From an uncultured beta proteobacterium (lineage in GTDB: Bacteria > Pseudomonadota > Gammaproteobacteria > Burkholderiales > SG8-41): a stretch of DNA of 64,000 nucleotides. This document shows, piece after piece, positions 21,435 through 30,487 of this stretch. Positions within the stretch are counted from its first letter, which is position 1, and the number at the start of each line of letters is the position of its first letter. The stretch covers positions 41,178 to 105,177 of the forward strand of contig CAITMU010000105.1 of the NCBI GenBank assembly GCA_903893565.1, written 5' to 3'. The notes beneath the pieces are model-generated. The model made no database searches and was not told the origin of the DNA. It was given only the letters and a program-made list of their open reading frames with translations. A program made the position numbers and the translations under genes.

Positions 21435-24400
21435 TCAGGCAGCCGCATTGGCGTAAATCAATTTCACATTCTCAGGCGCCACCCAAGCCCCTAAGGCTGC
21501 GATCAACTCATCTTTGGGATGCACTTTCCATTCCTCTCCCAAACTAATCTCACAACACGCCTGTTGATTACTGTAAAAAATGCTCACCGGACAACTCCCA
21601 TGACGAAAGGGCGTGAGAATGTCGCGTAACTTGTCTCCCGAGGCTTGGCCATTGCAAGTAATCTTCAACACGCGTGCAAATTGCGATCGTGCCGTTTGTA
21701 GTTCATAGAGTTTTTCTGCTGAAATTCGCAACGTCTCAGAATCATTGAACTGCGACTTCGTCACCTTACCCTCGACTACAATCAAGGTGTCTTCTTTTAG
21801 CCAATGGCGATGTTTTTCAAATAACTCATTAAACACCGTCAATTCAATTCGACCATAGCTGTCATCCAACACCAACACCCCCATACGTCCTCGGCGTGTC
21901 ATTTGAAACCTTTGGCTCACAATAATCCCCGCGAGCATAACCGGTTGGGCTTGGGGAGTGACCTGATCCAGACGGGTAGGGGCGAAGCTACGCAACTCTT
22001 GCTCATAGGTGCGAAAAGGATGGCCGGAAAAGTAATAGCCTAAAGCCACTTTTTCCTGCTTTAATCGCTCTAGATCACTCCATGAGAGCATCGACCCCGT
22101 TGGCTGAACGGGACGATGGGCCTGGACATCCTCAAATAAATTGGTTTGATTCATTGAGCGACTCGCCTGCTCAGCACTTTCAATAGCCAAAGCAACACAG
22201 GCCAACAACCCAGCTCTATTTATTTCGATATCATCAAAAGCGCCCGCCCGAATCAACGACTCAATGACTCTTCGGTTTACCACCCTTTTATCAACACGCT
22301 GACAAAAATCGAATAAATCTTTAAAAGGACCGCTTTTAGCACGCACGGCTACGATCTGCTGAATCGCCCCCTCGCCCGTGCCCTTAATCGCCCCCAAGCC
22401 GTAGCGAATCGTACGGGTGTCCACGGGGGAAAAACGATAATCGCCTTGGTTAACGTCAGGCGCCTGAATCGTTAAATGGTTATCACGACAATCTTCAAAT
22501 AAAATCTGCACCTTGTCCGTATCGTTCATCACCGCTGACAAGTTAGCCGCCATGAAAGCCGCCGGATGGTGGGCTTTAAAATAAGCCGTCTGATAGGCCA
22601 CCAACGCATAAGCGGCAGCGTGAGATTTATTAAACCCGTAGCCAGCAAACTTTTCCATAAGATCAAAAAGTTCATCCGCTTTGCGTGCCGGCAAGCCATT
22701 GTTGTGGGCCCCGGTAGCAAACAGTCCCCGATGCTCGGCCATTTCTTCCGCTTTTTTCTTGCCCATCGCGCGGCGCAATAAATCGGCTCCACCCAAACTA
22801 TACCCACCGATGATCTGCGCCATCTGCATGACCTGTTCTTGATAGATCATGATGCCATAGGTTTCAGATAAAATATCCTTCACCCTTGGGTCTGGATACT
22901 CAAAGCGCTTGCCGTGCTTACGATCACAAAACTCTGGTATCAATTCCATCGGCCCCGGACGGTAGAGTGCCACGAGCGCGATAATGTCCCCGAATCGGTC
23001 TGGCCGTGCACGCTTTAAGAGCTCACGCATGCCTCGCGATTCAAACTGAAAAATAGCCGTCGTATTCGCTGTAGCAAAAATGCGATAAGACGCCTCATCA
23101 TCCAAGGGCAGATTATGTAGCGCTAATGAGGCCTCTGGGTCCAACTGCTTCACATAGCGCAGCGCCCAATCTAGAATCGTCAGGGTGGTCAAACCTAAGA
23201 AATCGAACTTAACCAATCCAATGGCTTCAACATCGTCCTTGTCGAACTGACTAATGGCGGAGTTGGAGGCATCGGCCACGTATAACGGACAAAAATCGGT
23301 CAGCTTTCCCGGAGCAATTAACACCCCTCCGGCATGCATCCCGACATTACGGGTTAAACCCTCCACCTTGGTGGCAAGGGCTAGCAGCTCACGCACCTCT
23401 TCTTCATTTTTTTGCCGCTCTTTGAGTTGCGGCTCCATCTCTAGGGCATCGGCCAAGGTAATATGTTTACCCGGTTGCAGCGGTATTAACTTAGCCAATT
23501 GATCACAAAAATTATAGGGCAACTCGAGGACTCGACCCACGTCTCGCACCACCGCCTTGGCCGCCATCGTGCCAAAGGTGACGATCTGCGACACACTGTC
23601 AGCGCCATAGCGCTGTTTCACGTAATCGATTACTCGATCTCGACCATCCTGACAAAAATCAATGTCAAAGTCTGGCATGGAGACGCGATCAGGATTTAAG
23701 AAGCGCTCAAACAGTAAGTTATAGCGTAACGGATCTAAATCCGTAATCCCCAAACTGTAGGCCACCAAAGAACCGGCGCCCGAACCGCGCCCAGGGCCTA
23801 CGGGCACACCATTATTTTTCGCCCAATTAATAAAATCCGCAACGATCAAAAAGTAGCCCGGAAAACCCATTTGCAAAATGGTTTTAATTTCAAAATCCAA
23901 ACGTTCTTGGTAACGAGGTAGGGCTTGCGTGCGATCTGATTCTTCGTTGAACAACACCAACAGTCGTTGTTGTAGCCCTTCGAACGAGCGAAAACGTAAA
24001 TACTCATCTAAGCTTTGTCCTTCAGGGGTGGGAAACATAGGTAATTTACTTTTACCTAATTCCAACTTCAAATTACAACGCTTCGCAATCTGCACACTGT
24101 TGGCCAGTGCTTCAGGTAAGTCACTGAATAACGCTTCCATGGCCTTTTGCGTCAAAAAATATTGCTCTTCGGTAAAAAGTTTGGGGCGACGTTGGTCAGA
24201 CAACGTATAGCCCTCGGCTATACAAACCCGAGCTTCATGAGCCCGAAAATCATCCGGCTTTAGAAACTGTATCGGGTGCGTTGCGACTAGAGGCAAATGT
24301 AATTCTTCGGCCAACTCGACGGCCAGTTGCACGTAATGTTCAACTGGCACCACCGCTGAACCAACCGTAGTGGCGCTAGGACCCGGACGCTGAACTTCGA

Positions 24401-24902
24401 TATAAAAGCGATCAGGAAAAATCGTATTCCATAGTTGTGCCCAATGCACGGCTTCGTCATGATGGTCTGCAATCAATGCCTGCCCAATATCCCCCCCGTG
24501 AGCGCCCGACAAGGCAATCAATCCTGGCTCACCGTTCGGGTTAAACCATGAGCGCTGGATCTCTGCACGACCGCGGTATTGATTGGTACGATAGGCTTGG
24601 GTTAATAGATCACAAAGGCGTAAGTAGCCTGTATGATTTTGAACCAACAACAGCAAACGATAGGGTTGATCCCGATCAGCATCATTGGTCAACCACACAT
24701 CGCAACCGATGATCGGTTTGATGCCCTTAGCCCGGGCAAGTTTATAAAACTTGACCATTCCAAACACATTGCCAAAGTCAGTCAAGGCCAAAGATGGCAT
24801 ACTGTCGGCTTGCGCAGCCTGGACCGCATCATCCAGACGAACAATGCCGTCAACGACTGAGTACTCGCTATGCATCCGCAGATGTATGTAAGAAGGTTCC
24901 AT
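21435..24902 (-). CDS. dnaE: DNA polymerase III alpha subunit
   Basis: HLRMHSEYS PHP domain, GRGSGAGS, MPDFDIDF, KFDFLGL, FNKSH; probable start ATG 24902. Confidence 0.98.
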   Translation of the reverse strand: MEPSYIHLRMHSEYSVVDGIVRLDDAVQAAQADSMPSLALTDFGNVFGMVKFYKLARAKGIKPIIGCDVWLTNDADRDQPYRLLLLVQNHTGYLRLCDLLTQAYRTNQYRGRAEIQRSWFNPNGEPGLIALSGAHGGDIGQALIADHHDEAVHWAQLWNTIFPDRFYIEVQRPGPSATTVGSAVVPVEHYVQLAVELAEELHLPLVATHPIQFLKPDDFRAHEARVCIAEGYTLSDQRRPKLFTEEQYFLTQKAMEALFSDLPEALANSVQIAKRCNLKLELGKSKLPMFPTPEGQSLDEYLRFRSFEGLQQRLLVLFNEESDRTQALPRYQERLDFEIKTILQMGFPGYFLIVADFINWAKNNGVPVGPGRGSGAGSLVAYSLGITDLDPLRYNLLFERFLNPDRVSMPDFDIDFCQDGRDRVIDYVKQRYGADSVSQIVTFGTMAAKAVVRDVGRVLELPYNFCDQLAKLIPLQPGKHITLADALEMEPQLKERQKNEEEVRELLALATKVEGLTRNVGMHAGGVLIAPGKLTDFCPLYVADASNSAISQFDKDDVEAIGLVKFDFLGLTTLTILDWALRYVKQLDPEASLALHNLPLDDEASYRIFATANTTAIFQFESRGMRELLKRARPDRFGDIIALVALYRPGPMELIPEFCDRKHGKRFEYPDPRVKDILSETYGIMIYQEQVMQMAQIIGGYSLGGADLLRRAMGKKKAEEMAEHRGLFATGAHNNGLPARKADELFDLMEKFAGYGFNKSHAAAYALVAYQTAYFKAHHPAAFMAANLSAVMNDTDKVQILFEDCRDNHLTIQAPDVNQGDYRFSPVDTRTIRYGLGAIKGTGEGAIQQIVAVRAKSGPFKDLFDFCQRVDKRVVNRRVIESLIRAGAFDDIEINRAGLLACVALAIESAEQASRSMNQTNLFEDVQAHRPVQPTGSMLSWSDLERLKQEKVALGYYFSGHPFRTYEQELRSFAPTRLDQVTPQAQPVMLAGIIVSQRFQMTRRGRMGVLVLDDSYGRIELTVFNELFEKHRHWLKEDTLIVVEGKVTKSQFNDSETLRISAEKLYELQTARSQFARVLKITCNGQASGDKLRDILTPFRHGSCPVSIFYSNQQACCEISLGEEWKVHPKDELIAALGAWVAPENVKLIYANAAA

Positions 24903-25018
24903 GTCGGTTATTTTAGCGGCTAACAGGCTGGTAGAGCAGACTGACTGACATTTTTGATTGATAAGCCCACCCATTGATTGACTTTCAACATTCTTTTCCT
25001 CCCATGCCCAAAGTCCAC

Positions 25019-25888
25019 ATGAAGCCCAGCCACTCGGAATACCTCACCATACGAGGTCTACGCCACCATGTCAGAATGTGGGGGCAAGCGCCCGCGCCCA
25101 AACTCTTCCTACTCCACGGTTGGATGGATGTATCTGCCTCTTTTCAGTTCTTAGTCAATGCCTTAGAGAAAGATTGGCACATTATTGCCCCCGATTGGCG
25201 TGGATGTGGCCGGTCGGCCTGGACTCGCGAGGGCTACTGGTTTCAGGATTACTATGCCGATCTGGATGCGCTATTAAACCACTATAGCCCTGACCAACCC
25301 GCCTATCTAGTCGGTCATAGCATGGGGGGCAACATTGCCTGTACCTACTCTGGGATCAAACCCGAGCGGGTTAAAAAGTTAATTTCTCTGGAAGGTTTTG
25401 GGGCCGGCCGCAGTCGTCCCGACATGGCCCCCGCACGCTATGAACGATGGTTAAATGAATTACAAAATCCGCCTCGGCTTAAAGGTTACGACTCGTTTGC
25501 CGCTGTTGCCGCTCGACTCGTAGCGAACAATCCTCGACTTTTACCCTCTCAAGCCGATTTTTTAGCCAAACATTGGGCACGCAAATTACCCTCGGGTGAA
25601 ATCATTTTACGATTCGATCCGAGACACAAAACCGTGAATCCCGTTCTCAATCACGTCGATGAATTAATAGAATGCTGGCGACGCATTACCTGCCCCGTAC
25701 TGTGGGTTTACAGTCAGGAGGTAGATAAGCGCAATTGGCGAAAAGATAGTCCTGAACAATTGCAACAAAGAAAAGATGCTTTTCGTGATCTTAAAGAGAT
25801 CACTTTAGACGATTGTGGCCACATGCTTCATCACGATCAACCCGTCAATGTGGCTCAGCTCGTTGAGCGCTTTTTATTACAAGCCTAG
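25019..25888 (+). CDS. alpha/beta fold hydrolase
   Basis: LHGWMD, GHSMGG nucleophile elbow, GHMLHHDQP. Confidence 0.92.
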   Translation: MKPSHSEYLTIRGLRHHVRMWGQAPAPKLFLLHGWMDVSASFQFLVNALEKDWHIIAPDWRGCGRSAWTREGYWFQDYYADLDALLNHYSPDQPAYLVGHSMGGNIACTYSGIKPERVKKLISLEGFGAGRSRPDMAPARYERWLNELQNPPRLKGYDSFAAVAARLVANNPRLLPSQADFLAKHWARKLPSGEIILRFDPRHKTVNPVLNHVDELIECWRRITCPVLWVYSQEVDKRNWRKDSPEQLQQRKDAFRDLKEITLDDCGHMLHHDQPVNVAQLVERFLLQA

Positions 25889-26061
25889 CTCTTTTAGGGA
25901 TGAAGGACACACCGATCCACTCGAAGGCATCATCAGTGCGGTTTCAATAAAAAAATAGCCCACAAGATTGTAAATCTAGGAAGGTTGCACCTTGATTTAA
26001 AAATCAGGGTAAAAATTCCGTGAGAGTTGGCTAATGCTAGTAAGGGAGTGAGCTTCGGGTC

Positions 26062-26260
26062 AATGCTTGGATACCGTCGTTTTGACTTCCTCCCCTGCCT
26101 AAAGGCAGGGGATTCCTACCGTGCTACACATGAGTTACCTCACACATAGTCGCCTCGGTGGGTTCCTGCTTCACAGAGGCTGGTTTCGTCTTACGCTTAC
26201 GCGCAAGGCCAGAGCCGTCCTCTCCACAGGCTGCAACGCGGTGTCCACGCGCCAATACAT
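26062..26260 (-). ncRNA. predicted TnpB reRNA/omegaRNA (scaffold overlaps tnpB 3' end and right end; guide is flanking DNA)
   Basis: Inferred from established TnpB biology plus the right-end hairpin. The 5' boundary is approximate. Predicted guide is AACGACGGTATCCAAGCATT. Confidence 0.7.
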
Positions 26261-27359
26261 TCATCGCGCCGACGACATCGGCGTTGTCGGTGTGTCCACA
26301 GTCCACACACTCGAACTTGGCTTGTGTCTGCCTGTTCTCAGCTGCCACATGCCCACAAGCGGGACACGTCTGGCTCGTGTGGTGCGCAGGCACTGGGACG
26401 AGTATCCCGCCATTCCAGTTGAGTTTGTATTCCAACTGGCGGCGAAACTCGAACCAGCCCTGATCAAGAATAGCCCTATTCAGCCCAGACTTCTGCGCTA
26501 CGTTTTTTCCCGCCTTCTGGGCATTTCCTTTGCTCGACTTGGACATATTGCGAACCTGCAAGTCCTCGATCGCCACCATCGCGTGGTTTTTACTGATGCT
26601 GGTCGTGGTCTTATGCAGGAAGTCGCGCCTAGCATTGCCGATGCGGGCGTGGATGTTTTGCACTCTCCTTTTGGCTTTTTGCCAGTTCTTGCTGAATTTG
26701 ACTTTGCGGCTCATGGCTCGCTGATAGCGATTGAGCCTTACTTCGTGCTTTTTGAAACTGTTGAGCGGAGCCACAAAGCTGCCATCGCTCAACGTAGCGA
26801 AACGGGTAATACCCATGTCGATACCGATTGCACTAGTGGCCTTAGGAATGGGCTGTTCGACCTCGCGCTCGGTCTGGATACTAGCGTACCACTTGCCACC
26901 GCATTGACTGATGGTGATGTTCTTGGGAATTCCAAGAATGTCTCGGCTGTTGCGATACCGCATCCACCCCAACTTGGGCAGCTTGATGCGTCCGTTGGCT
27001 TGGTCTATTTCACAGCCTTGAGGAAACCGCAAACTGTCTCCCATGCCTTTGCGTTTAAAGCGGGGGAAGTCTGCACGTTTTTCAAAGAAGTTTTTGTACG
27101 CACGCTCCAAGTTTTTGAGCGCATGTTGCAAGGCCTGCGAGGGGGACTCTTTGAGCCAAGGAAACTCCTTCTTCCACTCAGGCAGAAGGTTTGCCATTGC
27201 CACATACCCAACGAACTTGCCGCCTGCCTCGTAGTTGGTTTTTTGCAGGGCAAGCGCCTTGTTGTAGACGAACCGACACGACCCTGCGTAGCAGCCCATA
27301 TCGCGCTGCTGCTCGCCGGTTGGCATGAGTTCGTATTTAAAGGCTTGGAGCCGTTGCAT
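26124..27359 (-). CDS. tnpB: RNA-guided endonuclease TnpB
   Basis: N-terminal HTH (AFKYELMPT...CRFVYN), RuvC-I GIDMG, RuvC-II IEDL, Zn finger CPAC/CVDC, RuvC-III NADVVGAMN. Confidence 0.97.
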   Translation of the reverse strand: MQRLQAFKYELMPTGEQQRDMGCYAGSCRFVYNKALALQKTNYEAGGKFVGYVAMANLLPEWKKEFPWLKESPSQALQHALKNLERAYKNFFEKRADFPRFKRKGMGDSLRFPQGCEIDQANGRIKLPKLGWMRYRNSRDILGIPKNITISQCGGKWYASIQTEREVEQPIPKATSAIGIDMGITRFATLSDGSFVAPLNSFKKHEVRLNRYQRAMSRKVKFSKNWQKAKRRVQNIHARIGNARRDFLHKTTTSISKNHAMVAIEDLQVRNMSKSSKGNAQKAGKNVAQKSGLNRAILDQGWFEFRRQLEYKLNWNGGILVPVPAHHTSQTCPACGHVAAENRQTQAKFECVDCGHTDNADVVGAMNVLARGHRVAACGEDGSGLARKRKTKPASVKQEPTEATMCEVTHV

Positions 27360-27381
27360 GGGCTATATTATACTTCGGTCT

Positions 27382-27810
27382 ATGAGCAAAAATCCAAGAG
27401 AAAACAGCGAAATTCGCCACGGCAGGCATTGTGTATTCCTTATGCACGTTCACTTGGTCTTTGTGACAAAGTACCGACGCGAAGTGTTCACCAAGGTGAT
27501 TTTGGACGATCTGCGCAACATCTTCACCAGTGTGTGCGTGGACTTCGAATCCGAGTTGGTGGAGTTCGATGGGGAGGACGACCATGTTCATTTGCTGGTC
27601 AACTATCCGCCCAAGGTTTCTGTATCGGCTCTGGTGAACAGCTTGAAGGGCGTTTCCAGTCGAATGATTCGGCAGAAAAATTACCCCAACATTCGCAAGA
27701 AACTTTGGGGGAAGGCGCTTTGGTCACCCAGCTACTTCGCGGGCAGTTGCGGTGGTGCGCCCATCGCCGTCATACGCCAGTACATCGAACAACAGCAGAC
27801 GCCGCACTAG
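27382..27810 (+). CDS. tnpA: IS200/IS605 Y1 (HUH) transposase TnpA
   Basis: HLVFVTKYR, HUH motif DHVHLL, LWSPSYF, catalytic YIEQQ. Confidence 0.97.
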   Translation: MSKNPRENSEIRHGRHCVFLMHVHLVFVTKYRREVFTKVILDDLRNIFTSVCVDFESELVEFDGEDDHVHLLVNYPPKVSVSALVNSLKGVSSRMIRQKNYPNIRKKLWGKALWSPSYFAGSCGGAPIAVIRQYIEQQQTPH

Positions 27811-27982
27811 GGGACAGCTCTCCGCTGTCCGCGCTCTACATCCTCTCCCTAAAGGACGGGGTTTTCAGCGCAAGATGGATAAAAAACGATCCGGAAGGCC
27901 CTAACCCGATCAACCCTAAACCCTCCCTGTCTTGTAACAGGCCGCTCAGCAGCCGCAAAAAAGGGGAGGGGAAATTTAAAAA

Positions 27983-28132
27983 CTACTCAACAAAAACATT
28001 CGGGAAAATAAATCCACCGGTGCACAGCATGATGACCGCTTTGATCACGAAAAAGAATTTTTGAGCCATTGTCATATCGCTAAATGCTTTACCAGTCAAA
28101 CAAACTTCTTCTTTCTTTTTTTCTTCACTCAT
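27983..28132 (-). CDS. small 49-aa putative membrane protein
   Basis: Hand-translated MSEEKKKEEVCLTGKAFSDMTMAQKFFFVIKAVIMLCTGGFIFPNVFVE. AAGGA RBS about 7 nt upstream; charged N-terminus and hydrophobic C-half. Confidence 0.7.
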   Translation of the reverse strand: MSEEKKKEEVCLTGKAFSDMTMAQKFFFVIKAVIMLCTGGFIFPNVFVE

Positions 28133-28341
28133 GGACATTTCCTTAAAAGTTTTATAACGCTGTATTGGAAAAAAGGTTTTTTTATTTTTATAAATTCTCT
28201 ACGAGGGTCTCAGTCAACATACGACTAATACAAGAAAAAAACAGTGTTTTTTCAAAATTCACTCACCCCCTATTCCATAAGCTTACAACGGCGGGATTTT
28301 TCACACAAGGGGTTTAACAAAAACTTAATCTGCCGCCCCCA

Positions 28342-29343
28342 TTATGGGGCCCTCGTGGAGTTTTTAGCATCAAAATGCGCTAAAGCTTGGCAAATCGCTT
28401 TTATCCCTTGTATTACCCGCGGCGAGGGCCTTTCAATCGTATCCGGATCAATATAGTAGACGGGTAAGGTATCGATCGCTGACACGGGAGAGGGATGCCA
28501 AGATCGCTCAAAATCTGCCCTACCCAATCCTGCACCCGACCCTAAAATCACCTGTGGCCGAGCCATTAAAACCGATTCTAGGCTCACCCCAGGGGTTAAT
28601 GCCAATAAATGCCCCAATACATTCTGCCCCCCACATAAATCCATTACCTCACTGATTAAATGGCTAGCATTCACCGTTAACAAGGGTTGATGCCAAATTT
28701 CGTAAAAAATTCGCACGGGAGGCCGCCTGGCGCGTCGAATATGGACAGACTGCCGGATGGCATCGATTTGTTGTTCAAACTCGAGAGCCGCTTTTTCAGC
28801 CCTATCTGGATGCCCGGTTAAAAGACCCACCAGTCTCAAATTCCGACTAATATCATTTAAATGTGAAGACTTACTGACCCAAACGGCGATACCAGCCGCT
28901 TCCAATCGAGCAATATCAGCCTTTTGATTACCGCTATCCCAGGCCAACACGAGATCCGGTTTTAATTGCAAAATACGTTCAATATCGACCCGTGTGCCAT
29001 CCCCAATATGAGGTAAATGAGTGGCTTCAACGGGGTAATCACTAAATTGGCTGACCCCCACCATTTCAGCACCCGCACCGGCTGCAAAGGCGATTTCCGT
29101 TAAATGCGGGGCCAAACTCACGACTCGGGTCGACGGTTTTAAGCGTGTAAACTCCACCCCCCGATCATCTACTAATTTAACCCGCGAGAAAGACGGCACC
29201 AAGGCATTCGATGAGGCGCCCGATAAAGGCTGTAGCGACAGAAAAAATGACGCCGCTAAGCCCAACACGATCTTGTCCGTAAACCCTAGTTTTTCAATCA
29301 ATGTTTTTTGTCCTGTTAACCCTTCATTCAGACAAAAAATCAA
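28342..29343 (-). CDS. btuF: cobalamin-binding periplasmic protein (BtuF-like); true start may be downstream
   Basis: RVVSLAPHLTEI, VGVSQFSDYP, DIERILQLKPDLV, RPSPR. Confidence 0.85.
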   Translation of the reverse strand: MIFCLNEGLTGQKTLIEKLGFTDKIVLGLAASFFLSLQPLSGASSNALVPSFSRVKLVDDRGVEFTRLKPSTRVVSLAPHLTEIAFAAGAGAEMVGVSQFSDYPVEATHLPHIGDGTRVDIERILQLKPDLVLAWDSGNQKADIARLEAAGIAVWVSKSSHLNDISRNLRLVGLLTGHPDRAEKAALEFEQQIDAIRQSVHIRRARRPPVRIFYEIWHQPLLTVNASHLISEVMDLCGGQNVLGHLLALTPGVSLESVLMARPQVILGSGAGLGRADFERSWHPSPVSAIDTLPVYYIDPDTIERPSPRVIQGIKAICQALAHFDAKNSTRAP

Positions 29344-29350
29344 CTCAACA

Positions 29351-30424
29351 TCAATTATCGGCTTGCGCTGCCTTCACACGCCGAGCACGAACCGCAGCAG
29401 CCAATTGATTTAACATGGCCTCTGTCTCCTCCCAGCTAATACAACCATCCGTAATGCTCACGCCATAGGCTGGCACTTTGCCTGGGGTTAAATCCTGTCG
29501 CCCGGCTTTTAAGTGGCTTTCCGCCATAATGCCAAAGATACGCGCATCACCCGACTCGATTTGATGCGCTAAATCCGCGCCCACCTCAATTTGTTTTTCC
29601 GGCTTCTTGCTACTATTGCCATGGCTAAAATCCACCATAATACGGGCTGGCATTCCCGCTTGCGCTAATCCCATGCCCGCCGCATCCACGTGAACCGCAC
29701 TGTAATTAGGCTCCTTGCCACCTCGCAAAATCAAATGACAATCCTCGTTACCTGACGTAGAAACAATGGCTGAACAGCCTTCTTTCGTGACAGACAAAAA
29801 GTGGTGAGGCGCTTGTGCCGCACGAATCGCATCAATAGCAATCTTAATGTTACCGTCTGTACCGTTTTTAAATCCCACTGGGCAAGAAAGCCCCGAGGCC
29901 AATTCTCGGTGAATTTGCGACTCAGTCGTACGTGCGCCTATAGCTCCCCATGCCACTAGATCAGCAATGTATTGGGGAGTGATCATGTCTAAAAATTCAC
30001 AACCCACCGGCATACCCGAGTCATTTAATTCCAGCAATAACTTACGGGCCACCCGTAAGCCCTCATTGATATTGTAGCTTCCGTCCAATTGGGGATCATT
30101 AATCAATCCCTTCCAGCCAACGGTGGTACGCGGTTTTTCAAAATATACGCGCATAACGATCAGTAAATCGTTACCATTTTTATCGGCGTATCGCTTTAAT
30201 TTCGTCGCATATTCCTGGGCTGCCTTCACGTCGTGAATAGAGCAAGGACCGACAATCACCAACAACCGATCTTCGGCGCCATGAATAATACGATGAATGG
30301 CACTGCGGGCATCAAAAACCGTTTTTGCCGCCGCATCTGTCAATGCCAACTCGCCCAGCACTTTAGCTGGGGAGACCAATTCTTTAATTTCTTTGATACG
30401 CAAATCGTCTGTCCGATAAGGCAT
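29351..30424 (-). CDS. aroG: class I DAHP synthase (AroG/AroF type)
   Basis: GPCSIHD, YFEKPRTTVGWKG, IGARTTESQ, DFSHGNS. Confidence 0.95.
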   Translation of the reverse strand: MPYRTDDLRIKEIKELVSPAKVLGELALTDAAAKTVFDARSAIHRIIHGAEDRLLVIVGPCSIHDVKAAQEYATKLKRYADKNGNDLLIVMRVYFEKPRTTVGWKGLINDPQLDGSYNINEGLRVARKLLLELNDSGMPVGCEFLDMITPQYIADLVAWGAIGARTTESQIHRELASGLSCPVGFKNGTDGNIKIAIDAIRAAQAPHHFLSVTKEGCSAIVSTSGNEDCHLILRGGKEPNYSAVHVDAAGMGLAQAGMPARIMVDFSHGNSSKKPEKQIEVGADLAHQIESGDARIFGIMAESHLKAGRQDLTPGKVPAYGVSITDGCISWEETEAMLNQLAAAVRARRVKAAQADN

Positions 30425-30487
30425 AGCTGTCTCAATTAACTGTAAAAACAAAGCATTATAACCAAAAATACGTAAAAACTCTCTTTG

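Larger units (their letters stand above)
26082..27878 (-). mobile_element. IS200/IS605-family insertion sequence (IS605 group, divergent tnpA/tnpB), about 1.8 kb
   Basis: On the minus strand the right end reads GAAT-CCCCTGCCT-TT-AGGCAGGGG-AGGAAG-TCAA. The left end follows TTAT and reads CCATCTTGCGCTG-AAAA-CCCCGTCCTTTAGGGAGAGG. No terminal inverted repeats or target duplication, as expected for Y1 elements. Confidence 0.93.

Noticed and set aside
21435-24902. Intein in DnaE (also checked RecA)
   Set aside because: Both proteins have normal length and no intein motifs.
25890-26060. Possible cobalamin riboswitch or FNR box near btuF and the IS
   Set aside because: No B12-box consensus and it is on the wrong side of btuF. 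The TTGAT...ATCAG palindrome has a 6-nt spacer rather than FNR's 4.
26121-28064. 647-aa + strand ORF spanning the whole IS
   Set aside because: It is antisense to tnpB, out of frame over tnpA and crosses the IS boundary. It has no recognisable motifs and is best explained as a shadow ORF.
28160-28175. SOS-box-like CTGT-N8-AAAG upstream of the 49-aa gene
   Set aside because: The mismatch is in the conserved CAG half-site and the context is AT-rich, so it is likely chance.
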